A stretch of 64,000 nt of DNA, taken from the NCBI GenBank assembly GCA_050613775.1, contig JBODTK010000010.1, positions 1,426,001 to 1,490,000 on the forward strand. The letters are read 5' to 3'. Shown here one piece after another: positions 36,049-50,375 of this stretch (position 1 is its first letter; each line of letters starts with the position of its first letter). Source of the stretch: Neocallimastix sp. 'constans'. Lineage: Eukaryota. The notes under the pieces were generated by a model that saw only the letters and a program-made list of their open reading frames with translations, did not search any database and had not been told where the DNA came from. The translations under genes were made by a program, and so were the position numbers.

Positions 36049-36510
36049 CTAGTAAGAATATAAAGTAGAAGCAACATCATAATCTAAGGAGAAGTGACAG
36101 TTATCTGGAGTCCATACATCAAAACGTTGCTTACCACCTTCGTATTTGTTATTACCAGCAGTAACACCACATTCTCTGTTGAAAAGGTTGTCAATTTCAT
36201 ACCATTCATTAGTGGCTTCATCATATTTGGATAAAACAGTCTTACTGAATTGAGACCATCCTCTCATGTAGCAGTTTTCAAGACCGATAACATTGGTAAT
36301 TGGGATTTCAATGTGATAAACATCTTCATCTTGTCTGTAGTACATACATTTGACATGATTATCAGAATCATTGTATAAACAGTTGTAAGCTTCAGTTTTT
36401 TCACCATTACAGCTACTGAAATTTAATTTGGTATCCTTAGCAAAGTATAAATTGGCAGAAGCGGTAGCAAAAGCCATAGCAGTACAGCATAAAAAGTTGA
36501 AGAATTTCAT
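36049..36510 (-). CDS. Small secreted cysteine-rich protein, copy B (chimeric)
   Basis: 5' half like copy A, 3' half like copy D. Confidence 0.88.
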   Translation of the reverse strand: MKFFNFLCCTAMAFATASANLYFAKDTKLNFSSCNGEKTEAYNCLYNDSDNHVKCMYYRQDEDVYHIEIPITNVIGLENCYMRGWSQFSKTVLSKYDEATNEWYEIDNLFNRECGVTAGNNKYEGGKQRFDVWTPDNCHFSLDYDVASTLYSY

Positions 36511-36616
36511 TTTTAATTATTATTATTATTATTTATTTTTGAATGTATAATTTAAATACTAATATTATATATATATATTTTTTTTTAAAAAAAAAGAAAA
36601 TTATTGTTAATTTATA

Positions 36617-36659
<43 letters not shown>

Positions 36660-36956
36660 CATTAAGTTTCAAAAATTTTCATAGATAAAAGTAAATTATT
36701 TTAATTATTAAGTTTTTTATTAATAATATTATTTAATAAATAAATAAATAAATAAGTAAATAAATAAATAAGTAAATAAATAAATAAATAAATAATTTTT
36801 TTTTATATTTTTTTTTTAAAAAAAAAAAAAATTAATTTTTATATTATTAAATAAAATTTTTGCTATTGTTTAAAAGATGATCAACTTTTCCATTTAATCT
36901 ATTTTAGAAAAAAGAAAATTATAAAATAAAATAAAACTAAATAAAATAAAATAAAA

Positions 36957-36987
<31 letters not shown>

Positions 36988-37354
36988 ATTAAAAATTGGT
37001 GGATGGTTACATAAATTACATAAAATAATATATTATTTTATAATAAAATAAAATTAATAATTATAATTAATATAAAAATAAAAAGTTAAAAGTAAAAGTC
37101 AATAAAAAATTGAAATGTGAATAAGACATTTACTGTAGTTACAGACTAATACTTTTTATAATTATATGTAAGCTATTATAAAACTTTTTATTAAATAATA
37201 AAAATAAAACTTTTACATTTAAAAGTTAATATCAATTTAACTAAATGATAAAGAAATTTGAAATCATTTTTAATCATTATTACTTACATTTACCTAAATG
37301 ACTAATTATATTATTATTGATATTAATTATAATTAATAAATTATTCAACATTAA

Positions 37355-37389
<35 letters not shown>

Positions 37390-40300
37390 TAAAAACATAT
37401 GTCAAACTTTTTTTTTTAATATATGACTATTACATTAATATTATATATATATATATTAAATATTAATAATACATAATAAATAATAAATAATAAATAAAAT
37501 AATAAATAATAAATAATTGAATAATAAATAATAAATAATTGAATAATAATAAAAAGAGCATTTATTAATAAATAATTAAATAATAAAAAGAGTATTTATT
37601 AATAAATAATTAAATAATAAAAAGAGTATTTATTAATAAATAATAAATAATAATTGAATAATAAATAATAAATAATAAATAATAAATAATAAATAATAAA
37701 TAATAAAAAATAAATAAAGAGTATTTATTAATAAATAATAAATAATAAAAAATAAATAAAGAGTATTTATTAATAAATAATAAATAATAAAAAATAAATA
37801 AAGAGTATTTATTAATAAATAATAAATAATAAAAAATAAAAAGAGTATTTATTAATAAATAATAAATAATAAATAATAAGAAGAGTATTTATTAATAAAT
37901 AATAAATAATAATTGAATAATAAATAATAAATAATAAATAATAAATAATAAATAATAAAAAAGAGTATTTATTAATAAATAATAAATAATAAATAATAAA
38001 TAATTCAATAATTAAATAATAAATTATAATTAATTGAATAATAAATAATTAATAATAAATGAATAGAATAACATTATGAAATAAAGCTGCTAATAATTGA
38101 TATTAATTTAAACAATATTAAAAATGAATTTTTTATTATATAAATTAATAATAAGAAAATATTCAACTATGAATTTTTTTTTTTTTTTTACGCTTTCTTT
38201 CTAGTTTCAGTGAACTTATTCAAATTAATATCTCTTTCAGAGAATAAAAAAAAATAAAGAATACCCTTTAAATTTACAATTATCCTATTTTAAAAATTAC
38301 TTTATATTTAATGGCAATTTTTTTTCTTTTAAATTTATTTAAAGGAGATATATTTTCTTCCTTTTTCTAAAATATTTCCTATGTTTAATATTTTACATAT
38401 TTAAACAATTAACTAAAGAATAATATATAACTTAATAATTGTGTTAAGTCATATATTGTAATTAATTTATATAATATATATAAAAAAATAATAATAATAG
38501 AAAATAATTAATAAGGATTAATAAATATGTATTATATTCTTATAATAAATAATTTTCTTATTTCATTTTTTAGACTTTTTAATTTTTCAAATAAAATGCT
38601 AAAATTATATTTATTTTTTTAGGATGTATATCTCTATTTAATTATTTATTAATAATATAAAAAAAAAATTTTAAAAATAAAATTAAAATTTTATTAGAAA
38701 TTAATAATTTAATTTTTTTTTTTTTTTCATTTTTGAATTCTTTTAAAATTTTTTAATCCTTTTTTTTAAGCCTTTCCTTATGTCTCTTTTCCACAATTTC
38801 CTTTTTTTTATTTTCTTTTTTTTAGCTTTTATTTCTATATTAAATTAATATATTTAAATTACTTTGTGCAACCTTAACTGGTTATTTCATTTCATTTTAG
38901 ATTATTAAAAATTAAAAAAAAATTTATTTATTTATTTATTTTTAAATTTTGTGTTACATAAAATCAATAATTAATTTCATAAATGGATAATCTTTTTTTT
39001 TTTTTTTTAATTTTTTTTTTTAATTTTTTTTTATTTGTAGATTTTTTAAATTAATTTTTTTGTTATTAAACAAATTATTACCGTTTATAAAATATTCTGC
39101 TTATACTTTCATATTCTGTAACATTCTATCTTGCTATTCTGATTCTGTAACTAATGAAACTCTTTGGTTTAATAATATCATTATTTTTAAATTTTATTAA
39201 TAATAAATAAAAATTGAAATAAATGACCACAAACATTTGCTACAATTAAATAAAGCTTTATATTTAAAATAAAAACTTTTTTTTATCTTCATTTTTTTGT
39301 TATTCAAAAAAATTAATATATAATAATGTTGAAAGTAAATAAATAAATAAATAAATAAAAAGAACTCCACTTTTTTTCTATTTATAATTATAATTATTCT
39401 ATTGCTATTGTTCATAAAATTTTGACAAAATTTAATAAGGATTGATTAAAAAAAAGAAAAAATAAAAAAATTTTTTTATATTTTACTCCTTTTTTTTTTA
39501 TTATTTTTTAATTTTTTATTTTTTTTTATTTAATTTAATTTATTTTAATTTATTTTAATTTAATATTTTTTATTTCATTTTTTATTTTTATTTTTATTTT
39601 TTTTAATTTTTATTTTTCTTTACCACTTTATCAATTATATTTTTTTTAATAGAAAATTATTTTTGTTAATAAAATAAATATAAAAAATATAATAAATAAA
39701 AAAAAATTTTTTTTTAAAAAAAAAGCTTACTTCATAGGTTTTTTTTTGGTACCTACAATTTAAATAAAATAAATAATAAATAATTAAATAATTGAATAAT
39801 AAATAATAAATATAAATAATAAATAATAAATAATAAATAATAAATAATAAATAATAAATAATAAATAATAAATAATAAATAATAAATAATAAATAATTAA
39901 ACAATTGAATAATAAATAATAAATAATAAATAATAAATAATAAATAATAAATAATAAATAATAAATAATAAATAATAAATAATAAATAATAAATAATAAA
40001 TAATAAATAATAAATAATAAATAATAAATAATAAATAATAAATAATTAAACAATTGAATAATTGAATAATGAATAATGAATAATAAATAATAAATAATTA
40101 ATAATTGAATAATTGAATAATAAATAATAAATAATAAATAATAAATAATAAATAATAAATAATAAATAATAAATAATAAATAATAAATAATAAATAATAA
40201 ATAATAAATAATAAATAATTGAATAATAAATAATAAATAATAAATAATAAATAATAAATAATAAATAATAAATAATAAATAATAAATAATAAATAATAAA

Positions 40301-41064
40301 TAATAAATAATAAATAATAAATAATAAATAATAATATAAATTAGAATAGTGTTTCAAATATGTATAACATATTATGAAATACATAATACTTTTTTTTTTT
40401 TTTTTTTAGTTATTTAATTATATAATTATATATATTATTAAATTTTTATATTTTATTTAATAAATTGAATATTTCTTATTCTAGTAATTTTTTTTTTTAT
40501 TTTTATTTTTTAATGAATACAAATTTGACTAATCATAATTAAAAAGTATATGATTAGAGATTATTAATATATATCTATATCTATATCAAATATATTAAAA
40601 AATAAAAAAAAAAAAATTTTTATATTAGTTGAAGGCCATGTTTTAAACACGCATAGTTGAGTTAGTTTCTTTTTTTTTTTTTATTTTTTTTTTTTTTGTT
40701 TATTTTAGTATATTAAATTATTTTTATCTCAGAAAGATCATGGTCTTAAATATTAATAAGCCTAAAAGAAATAATATTTATTTCTATAATTATTAAAGCA
40801 ATATAAAATATTTTTAATATTAAAATTTAATTATTGTTTTTACGTGATAATATTTCTTATATTTTAATAGATAGTAATGATTTATAATATTGAAAAAATT
40901 TTAATGAATTTACACTCATAATAAAAATAAACAATAAGTAATATTAATATTAATATTAAAATAAATATATAAATTTTCTTTTTAATGTAAATTTTATTAA
41001 TAATTTATTTGATTATTTTTTAAATAAATATATATATATATAAATTCTCTATAAATTATAAATG

Positions 41065-41107
<43 letters not shown>

Positions 41108-41306
41108 CATTTGGATATTTTCTAATAAATAAAACTTTTTTTTTTTAGTAAGATACTATATTTTTCTTAAACTACTTTTTTTTTTTTACATATCTTTCTA
41201 TTATAATTATTGTTTTTCTTTTTTTTCTTTTATTATAATCATTTTTATTTATTTATTTAAATAAAAAATAACTTTTTTAAACATTGTTCATTGTTTAAAA
41301 ATCAAT

Positions 41307-41768
41307 CTAGTAAGAATATAAAGTAGAAGCAACATCATAATCTAAGGAGAAGTGACAGTTATCTGGAGTCCATACATCAAAACGTTGCTTACCACCTTCG
41401 TATTTGTTATTACCAGCAGTAACACCACATTCTCTGTTGAAAAGGTTGTCAATTTCATACCATTCATTAGTGGCTTCATCATATTTGGATAAAACAGTCT
41501 TACTGAATTGAGACCATCCTCTCATGTAGCAGTTTTCAAGACCGATAACATTGGTAATTGGGATTTCAATGTGATAAACATCTTCATCTTGTCTGTAGTA
41601 CATACATTTGACATGATTATCAGAATCATTGTATAAACAGTTGTAAGCTTCAGTTTTTTCACCATTACAGCTACTGAAATTTAATTTGGTATCCTTAGCA
41701 AAGTATAAATTGGCAGAAGCGGTAGCAAAAGCCATAGCAGTACAGCATAAAAAGTTGAAGAATTTCAT
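41307..41768 (-). CDS. Small secreted cysteine-rich protein, copy C (same protein as B)
   Basis: Translation identical to 36049-36510. Confidence 0.88.
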   Translation of the reverse strand: MKFFNFLCCTAMAFATASANLYFAKDTKLNFSSCNGEKTEAYNCLYNDSDNHVKCMYYRQDEDVYHIEIPITNVIGLENCYMRGWSQFSKTVLSKYDEATNEWYEIDNLFNRECGVTAGNNKYEGGKQRFDVWTPDNCHFSLDYDVASTLYSY

Positions 41769-41874
41769 TTTTAATTATTATTATTATTATTTATTTTTGA
41801 ATGTATAATTTAAATACTAATATTATATATATATATTTTTTTTTAAAAAAAAAGAAAATTATTGTTAATTTATA

Positions 41875-41916
<42 letters not shown>

Positions 41917-42213
41917 CATTAAGTTTCAAAAATTTTCATAGATAAAAGTAAATTATTTTAATTATTAAGTTTTTTATTAATAATATTATTTAATAAATAA
42001 ATAAATAAATAAGTAAATAAATAAATAAGTAAATAAATAAATAAATAAATAATTTTTTTTTATATTTTTTTTTTAAAAAAAAAAAAAATTAATTTTTATA
42101 TTATTAAATAAAATTTTTGCTATTGTTTAAAAGATGATCAACTTTTCCATTTAATCTATTTTAGAAAAAAGAAAATTATAAAATAAAATAAAATTAAATA
42201 AAATAAAATAAAA

Positions 42214-42244
<31 letters not shown>

Positions 42245-42611
42245 ATTAAAAATTGGTGGATGGTTACATAAATTACATAAAATAATATATTATTTTATAA
42301 TAAAATAAAATTAATAATTATAATTAATATAAAAATAAAAAGTTAAAAGTAAAAGTCAATAAAAAATTGAAATGTGAATAAGACATTTACTGTAGTTACA
42401 GACTAATACTTTTTATAATTATATGTAAGCTATTATAAAACTTTTTATTAAATAATAAAAATAAAACTTTTACATTTAAAAGTTAATATCAATTTAACTA
42501 AATGATAAAGAAATTTGAAATCATTTTTAATCATTATTACTTACATTTACCTAAATGACTAATTATATTATTATTGATATTAATTATAATTAATAAATTA
42601 TTCAACATTAA

Positions 42612-42646
<35 letters not shown>

Positions 42647-45600
42647 TAAAAACATATGTCAAACTTTTTTTTTTAATATATGACTATTACATTAATATTA
42701 TATATATATATATTAAATATTAATAATACATAATAAATAATAAATAATAAATAAAATAATAAATAATAAATAATTGAATAATAAATAATAAATAATTGAA
42801 TAATAATAAAAAGAGCATTTATTAATAAATAATTAAATAATAAAAAGAGTATTTATTAATAAATAATTAAATAATAAAAAGAGTATTTATTAATAAATAA
42901 TAAATAATAATTGAATAATAAATAATAAATAATAAATAATAAATAATAAATAATAAATAATAAAAAATAAATAAAGAGTATTTATTAATAAATAATAAAT
43001 AATAAAAAATAAATAAAGAGTATTTATTAATAAATAATAAATAATAAAAAATAAATAAAGAGTATTTATTAATAAATAATAAATAATAAAAAATAAAAAG
43101 AGTATTTATTAATAAATAATAAATAATAAATAATAAGAAGAGTATTTATTAATAAATAATAAATAATAATTGAATAATAAATAATAAATAATAAATAATA
43201 AATAATAAATAATAAAAAAGAGTATTTATTAATAAATAATAAATAATAAATAATAAATAATTCAATAATTAAATAATAAATTATAATTAATTGAATAATA
43301 AATAATTAATAATAAATGAATAGAATAACATTATGAAATAAAGCTGCTAATAATTGATATTAATTTAAACAATATTAAAAATGAATTTTTTATTATATAA
43401 ATTAATAATAAGAAAATATTCAACTATGAATTTTTTTTTTTTTTTTACGCTTTCTTTCTAGTTTCAGTGAACTTATTCAAATTAATATCTCTTTCAGAGA
43501 ATAAAAAAAAATAAAGAATACCCTTTAAATTTACAATTATCCTATTTTAAAAATTACTTTATATTTAATGGCAATTTTTTTTCTTTTAAATTTATTTAAA
43601 GGAGATATATTTTCTTCCTTTTTCTAAAATATTTCCTATGTTTAATATTTTACATATTTAAACAATTAACTAAAGAATAATATATAACTTAATAATTGTG
43701 TTAAGTCATATATTGTAATTAATTTATATAATATATATAAAAAAATAATAATAATAGAAAATAATTAATAAGGATTAATAAATATGTATTATATTCTTAT
43801 AATAAATAATTTTCTTATTTCATTTTTTAGACTTTTTAATTTTTCAAATAAAATGCTAAAATTATATTTATTTTTTTAGGATGTATATCTCTATTTAATT
43901 ATTTATTAATAATATAAAAAAAAAATTTTAAAAATAAAATTAAAATTTTATTAGAAATTAATAATTTAATTTTTTTTTTTTTTTCATTTTTGAATTCTTT
44001 TAAAATTTTTTAATCCTTTTTTTTAAGCCTTTCCTTATGTCTCTTTTCCACAATTTCCTTTTTTTTATTTTCTTTTTTTTAGCTTTTATTTCTATATTAA
44101 ATTAATATATTTAAATTACTTTGTGCAACCTTAACTGGTTATTTCATTTCATTTTAGATTATTAAAAATTAAAAAAAAATTTATTTATTTATTTATTTTT
44201 AAATTTTGTGTTACATAAAATCAATAATTAATTTCATAAATGGATAATCTTTTTTTTTTTTTTTTAATTTTTTTTTTTAATTTTTTTTTATTTGTAGATT
44301 TTTTAAATTAATTTTTTTGTTATTAAACAAATTATTACCGTTTATAAAATATTCTGCTTATACTTTCATATTCTGTAACATTCTATCTTGCTATTCTGAT
44401 TCTGTAACTAATGAAACTCTTTGGTTTAATAATATCATTATTTTTAAATTTTATTAATAATAAATAAAAATTGAAATAAATGACCACAAACATTTGCTAC
44501 AATTAAATAAAGCTTTATATTTAAAATAAAAACTTTTTTTTATCTTCATTTTTTTGTTATTCAAAAAAATTAATATATAATAATGTTGAAAGTAAATAAA
44601 TAAATAAATAAATAAAAAGAACTCCACTTTTTTTCTATTTATAATTATAATTATTCTATTGCTATTGTTCATAAAATTTTGACAAAATTTAATAAGGATT
44701 GATTAAAAAAAAAGAAAAAATAAAAAATTTTTTTTATATTTTACTCCTTTTTTTTTTATTATTTTTTAATTTTTTATTTTTTTTTATTTAATTTAATTTA
44801 TTTTAATTTACTTTAATTTATTTTAATTTAATATTTTTTATTTCATTTTTTATTTTTATTTTTATTTTTTTTAATTTTTATTTTTCTTTACCACTTTATC
44901 AATTATATTTTTTTTAATAGAAAATTATTTTTGTTAATAAAATAAATATAAAAAATATAATAAATAAAAAAAAATTTTTTTTTAAAAAAAAAGCTTACTT
45001 CATAGGTTTTTTTTTGGTACCTACAATTTAAATAAAATAAATAATAAATAATTAAATAATTGAATAATAAATAATAAATATAAATAATAAATAATAAATA
45101 ATAAATTATAAATAATAAATAATAAATAATAAATAATAAATAATAAATAATAAATAATAAATAATAAATAATTAAACAATTGAATAATAAATAATAAATA
45201 ATAAATAATAAATAATAAATAATAAATAATAAATAATAAATAATAAATAATAAATAATAAATAATAAATAATAAATAATAAATAATAAATAATAAATAAT
45301 AAATAATAAATAATAAATAATAAATAATTAAACAATTGAATAATTGAATAATGAATAATGAATAATAAATAATAAATAATAAATATAATAATAAATAATA
45401 AATAATAAAAATAGTATTTATTAATAATTAATAATTAATAATAAATAATAAATAATAAATAATAAATAATAAATAATAAATAATAAATAATAAATAATAA
45501 ATAATAAATAATAAATAATAAATAATAAATAATAATATAAATTAGAATAGTGTTTCAAATATGTATAACATATTATGAAATACATAATACTTTTTTTTTT

Positions 45601-46277
45601 TTTTTTTTAGTTATTTAATTATATAATTATATATATTATTAAATTTTTATATTTTATTTAATAAATTGAATATTTCTTATTCTAGTAATTTTTTTTTTTA
45701 TTTTTATTTTTTAATGAATACAAATTTGACTAATCATAATTAAAAAGTATATGATTAGAGATTATTAATATATATCTATATCTATATCAAATATATTAAA
45801 AAATAAAAAAAAAAATAATTTTTATATTAGTTGAAGGCCATGTTTTAAACACGCATAGTTGAGTTAGTTTCTTTTTTTTTTTTTATTTTTTTTTTATTTT
45901 TTTTTATTTTAGTATATTAAATTATTTTTATCTCAGAAAGATCATGGTCTTAAATATTAATAAGCCTAAAAGAAATAATATTTATTTCTATAATTATTAA
46001 AGCAATATAAAATATTTTTAATATTAAAATTTAATTATTGTTTTTACGTGATAATATTTCTTATATTTTAATAGATAGTAATGATTTATAATATTGAAAA
46101 AATTTTAATGAATTTACACTCATAATAAAAATAAACAATAAGTAATATTAATATTAATATTAAAATAAATATATAAATTTTCTTTTTAATGTAAATTTTA
46201 TTAATAATTTATTTGATTATTTTTTAAATAAATATATATATATAAATTCTCTATAAATTATAAATGTTTTTTTTTTC

Positions 46278-46310
<33 letters not shown>

Positions 46311-46506
46311 CATTTGGATATTTTCTAATAAATAAAACTTTTTTTTTTAGTAAGATACTATATTTTTCTTAAACTACTTTTTTTTTTACATATCTTTCTA
46401 TTATAATTATTGTTTTTCTTTTTTTTCTTTTATTATAATCATTTTTATTTATTTATTTAAATAAAAAATAACTTTTTTAAACATTGTTCATTGTTTAAAA
46501 ATCAAT

Positions 46507-46983
46507 CTAGTAAGAATATAAAGTAGAAGCAACATCATAATCTAAGGAGAAGTGACAGTTATCTGGAGTCCATACATCAAAACGTTGCTTACCACCTTCG
46601 TATTTGTTATTACCAGCAGTAACACCACATTCTCTGTTGAAAAGGTTGTCAATTTCATACCATTCATTAGTGGCTTCATCATATTTGGATAAAACAGTCT
46701 TACTGAATTGAGACCATCCTCTCATGTAGCAGTTTTCAAGACCGACAACATTGGTAATTGGGATTTCAATGTGATAAACATCTTCATCTTGTCTGTAGTA
46801 CATACATTTGACATGATTATCAGAATCATTGTATAAACAGTTGTAAGCTTCAGTCTTTTCACCATTACAGCTACTGAAATTTAATTTGGTATCCTTAGCA
46901 AAGTATAAGTTACCAGCAGAAGCAATGTTCCATTGAAGGGCAAAAGCCATAACAGAGCAGCATAAGTAATTGAAGAATTTCAT
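46507..46983 (-). CDS. Small secreted cysteine-rich protein, copy D (158 aa, different signal peptide)
   Basis: MKFFNYLCCSVMAFALQWNIASAG; unique upstream region. Confidence 0.88.
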   Translation of the reverse strand: MKFFNYLCCSVMAFALQWNIASAGNLYFAKDTKLNFSSCNGEKTEAYNCLYNDSDNHVKCMYYRQDEDVYHIEIPITNVVGLENCYMRGWSQFSKTVLSKYDEATNEWYEIDNLFNRECGVTAGNNKYEGGKQRFDVWTPDNCHFSLDYDVASTLYSY

Positions 46984-47526
46984 TTTTTGAATTTTTTTTA
47001 TTTTAAATTTTTTTTATAAATATTTTTTATTTATAATTTTTTTTTTTTTTTTTTAAATGGTGACGCTTAAAAATTCTGTTCATTTTATCTATTTATATAT
47101 ATATTTTTTAATTATACAATTAGTTTATTCATAATATACTTTAATATAATTATTAATTAATTTTTATTAATATAAATAAATAAAAAAAATTAAATTTATT
47201 AGATAGAAAGTTTTAGTATTAATTATTATTAAAACTTTTTAATACTTATATATATAATCCACTATCTTCTATATATTATTTATTATTTTCTTATTGAAAT
47301 ATACTCTATTTAATTATATTATGGATATATATTATATTTTTTTTTTGTCAACCCAATCATTCATTTATTTTACTTGGTTGAATGTGTCATTTTTATTTTT
47401 GAAAAGAAGGAACGGCAAAATAATTAAAAAAATTTTAAGATTTTTATAGATATATTAAATATATTAAAACCTTATTTATTATTACTTTTCATATTCTTTT
47501 ATATATATAAAAAAAAATAATAATGA

Positions 47527-47560
<34 letters not shown>

Positions 47561-48866
47561 AATTAATAAAAAATTTTTTAAATTTTTTTTTTTTTTTTTT
47601 TATCATTCATTCATAAATCGAAATTAAATTTCTTTTTAAAAAATATTTTTTCTTTTTTATATTATTAATTTAATATTAAATAATTATTAAATAATGTATA
47701 TAATAAAGATTGTGTTCAAACTTTTTTTTTTTTTTTTTTTTAAAAAAAAGGGTAAACAAATAATTGAATAATAAATAATTAAATAATAAATAATTAAATA
47801 ATAAATAATAAATAATAAATAATAAATAATAAATAATAAATAATAAATAATAAATAATAAATAATAAATAATAAATAATAATTAATAAATAATAAATAAT
47901 AAATAATTGAATAATAAATAATAAATAATAACTAACAAATTATAAAAGAGAATTTATTAATAAATAATAAATAATAACTAATAAATAATAAAAGAGTATT
48001 TATTAATAAATAGTAATTAATAAATAATAAATAATAAATAATCGAATAATAAATAATTGAATAATAAATAATTGAATAATAAATAATAAATAATAACAAT
48101 AAAAGAGTATTTATTAATAAATAATAAATAATAAATAATAAATAATAAATAATAAATAATAAATAATAAAGTATGAATATTTAATAATTTATGAATAATG
48201 TAATAAAAGAGAGGATAATTAATATTAAAGAAAAAATGAGAATTTTATATTAATAATAACTATTCTAAAATAATTTAAAATTAACAAATAAATAATTAAT
48301 TTTGTGTAGTGTATGTCTCTTAATTAAAAATCTTTTTCTTCAATCATGCGCCACACAAACTGATATATGTGCACTACAATAAAATAAATGGACATAATAA
48401 ATTATTTCAACCAATAAGTATTTTTACATTTTTTCTTTATGTCCAAAAAATATTTAAGATGAAATACTATTATTAAAATAAATAATATTTCAAAGACCTC
48501 CTTATATATAAATTATTATTAGAGAGGATACTGGACTAATTGAGAGGGTTACGCTAGTACTGGATATTTAAGAGGGAATTAATAGCATTTTTGTACATAA
48601 TTTCTTGTGTCCATGTAAATATATTCTATTAAATTGTAATTTTTGTGACATTTATGTATATGCCAAAAGGGGAATGTTGCGTTTCGGAATGTTGTATTTC
48701 GAAACATGACTTTTTAAATTAAAATTTGATTTTTAATTTAACTGACCACTCTTTTCTCTTTTTTAAATAATAGTAAAAATATAAATAAATATAAATTGGT
48801 TAATTTTTATTTTAAAATAAAAAATGGAAATAAAATAAATGGGTTGATTGTTTTTATTAATATTAC

Positions 48867-48905
<39 letters not shown>

Positions 48906-49484
48906 CATTAATATTATTATTATTATTATTATTATAATTATTATTATTATTATTATTATTGATAAAGAATTATAAAAATTTCATGAATTTTTATAAAAAA
49001 ATAAACAAATACAAATTGTACACAAATTATTAAATGTATATATTAAAATTATATTTTTATGATATAATATAATATATTAAAATATATTATATTTCTAAAA
49101 ATATATAAATATTAAAAACTTTATTATTCTTAAAAAAATGAAATTTATTAAATAAATAAATAAAAAAAAAAAAAAAAAAAAAAAAGGAACTTTTAAAATT
49201 AGAGAGAAAAGTTACAAAGGCTACTTAGTTAATAAATAAAAGTTATATTTTTTTAATAAAATATACTTTAAACTACTTACTACTTTTATGGTATTTTTGA
49301 TTTGTAAAATAATTCTCTTTTAAAAATAAGAATTAAAGGCAACTTTAGAATACAAAATTTATAAACTTAAAATAATATAAATTTTTGTATCAATTGGTGG
49401 AGCAATCGGTCTTCCCGGGCGCTGCTATATTAAAAAATTTTTCTTGTGTTCAATTTAAATTTTTAATTATATTATATTAATAAA

Positions 49485-50375
49485 ATGAGTAGTACTTCCA
49501 AAAATACTAAAGAAATTAAAGAAACTGATACTGGAGGCTTTGAAAAAGCTATTAAAATCGCTAAAACAATTAGAAAGTTAGGAGATAAAAATTCTACCTT
49601 TCCAACTTGGGAAAATGAAGTCAAAAAATTATTAAATCATTATCCAATGGATGAATATGAGAAGATAAGAATAATAATGGCTACTGTAACTGATGAGAAC
49701 TATGACCTTTGTAGTAATACCCTTTTTACAAATGACAAGTGTACTTCCGAGGACCTTATTACAGAAATAAAAAAATTGTTAGGCTATGATAACACTTCTA
49801 TTAACAACTTGGATAAGTTAGTAAAAATAAGAGTTCAAAATAATAATATTAAAAGTTATAATTTAGATTTTAAAATTCTTTTAAACGGAATTGAAAAAGA
49901 TGATAGACCCACTACCAAAAGAATAATTCAATATTATATCAGAGGTCTAAAAGGAACAAGATATTATCACTCCTTAGTCTTAAAAAAATTTAGTAGTCTT
50001 GATGATGCTATAAAAGAAGTAAATAAAATGGTATCTTCTTATGAAGAGTATGAAGGAAGTCAAAATAAGACGTATCATAGTAATAAAACATCTCATAAAA
50101 CCAATCAAATCCAAAGTAGAAACAGAAACTACCCTTCAAACTATCTTTCTAAATATTCATCAAACAATTACAAAACAAATAATTTGAATAAAGAACCTTC
50201 TAAACCAAAAGATAATGAAAAAGATTCTGACGTAGAGAACCTTACAGAAAAGTTCTCTAAAATGCAGTTATATGTTTGTCACCGTTGTGGTAAACCTGGA
50301 CACATTGCTCGTCATTGCATGAATGAGATATCTCCAGAAAATTTAAAATACGTACGTGAAAATCATTTAAATTAA
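49485..50375 (+). CDS. gag: Gag with zinc knuckle (element 4)
   Basis: CHRCGKPGHIARHC; ends at slippery TTTAAAT-TAA. Confidence 0.9.
   Translation: MSSTSKNTKEIKETDTGGFEKAIKIAKTIRKLGDKNSTFPTWENEVKKLLNHYPMDEYEKIRIIMATVTDENYDLCSNTLFTNDKCTSEDLITEIKKLLGYDNTSINNLDKLVKIRVQNNNIKSYNLDFKILLNGIEKDDRPTTKRIIQYYIRGLKGTRYYHSLVLKKFSSLDDAIKEVNKMVSSYEEYEGSQNKTYHSNKTSHKTNQIQSRNRNYPSNYLSKYSSNNYKTNNLNKEPSKPKDNEKDSDVENLTEKFSKMQLYVCHRCGKPGHIARHCMNEISPENLKYVRENHLN

Larger units (their letters stand above)
30791..46983 (-). repeat. Tandem array, period 5258/5258/~5200 bp, four gene copies
   Basis: Start codons at 31252, 36510, 41768; the three intergenic blocks are near identical. Confidence 0.95.

Noticed and set aside
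33939..45335. Repeated short ORFs (MNNSNRII..., YYLLFII repeats) in each array unit
   Set aside because: Products of the heptamer satellite and AT-rich sequence; their recurrence only reflects the tandem duplication.
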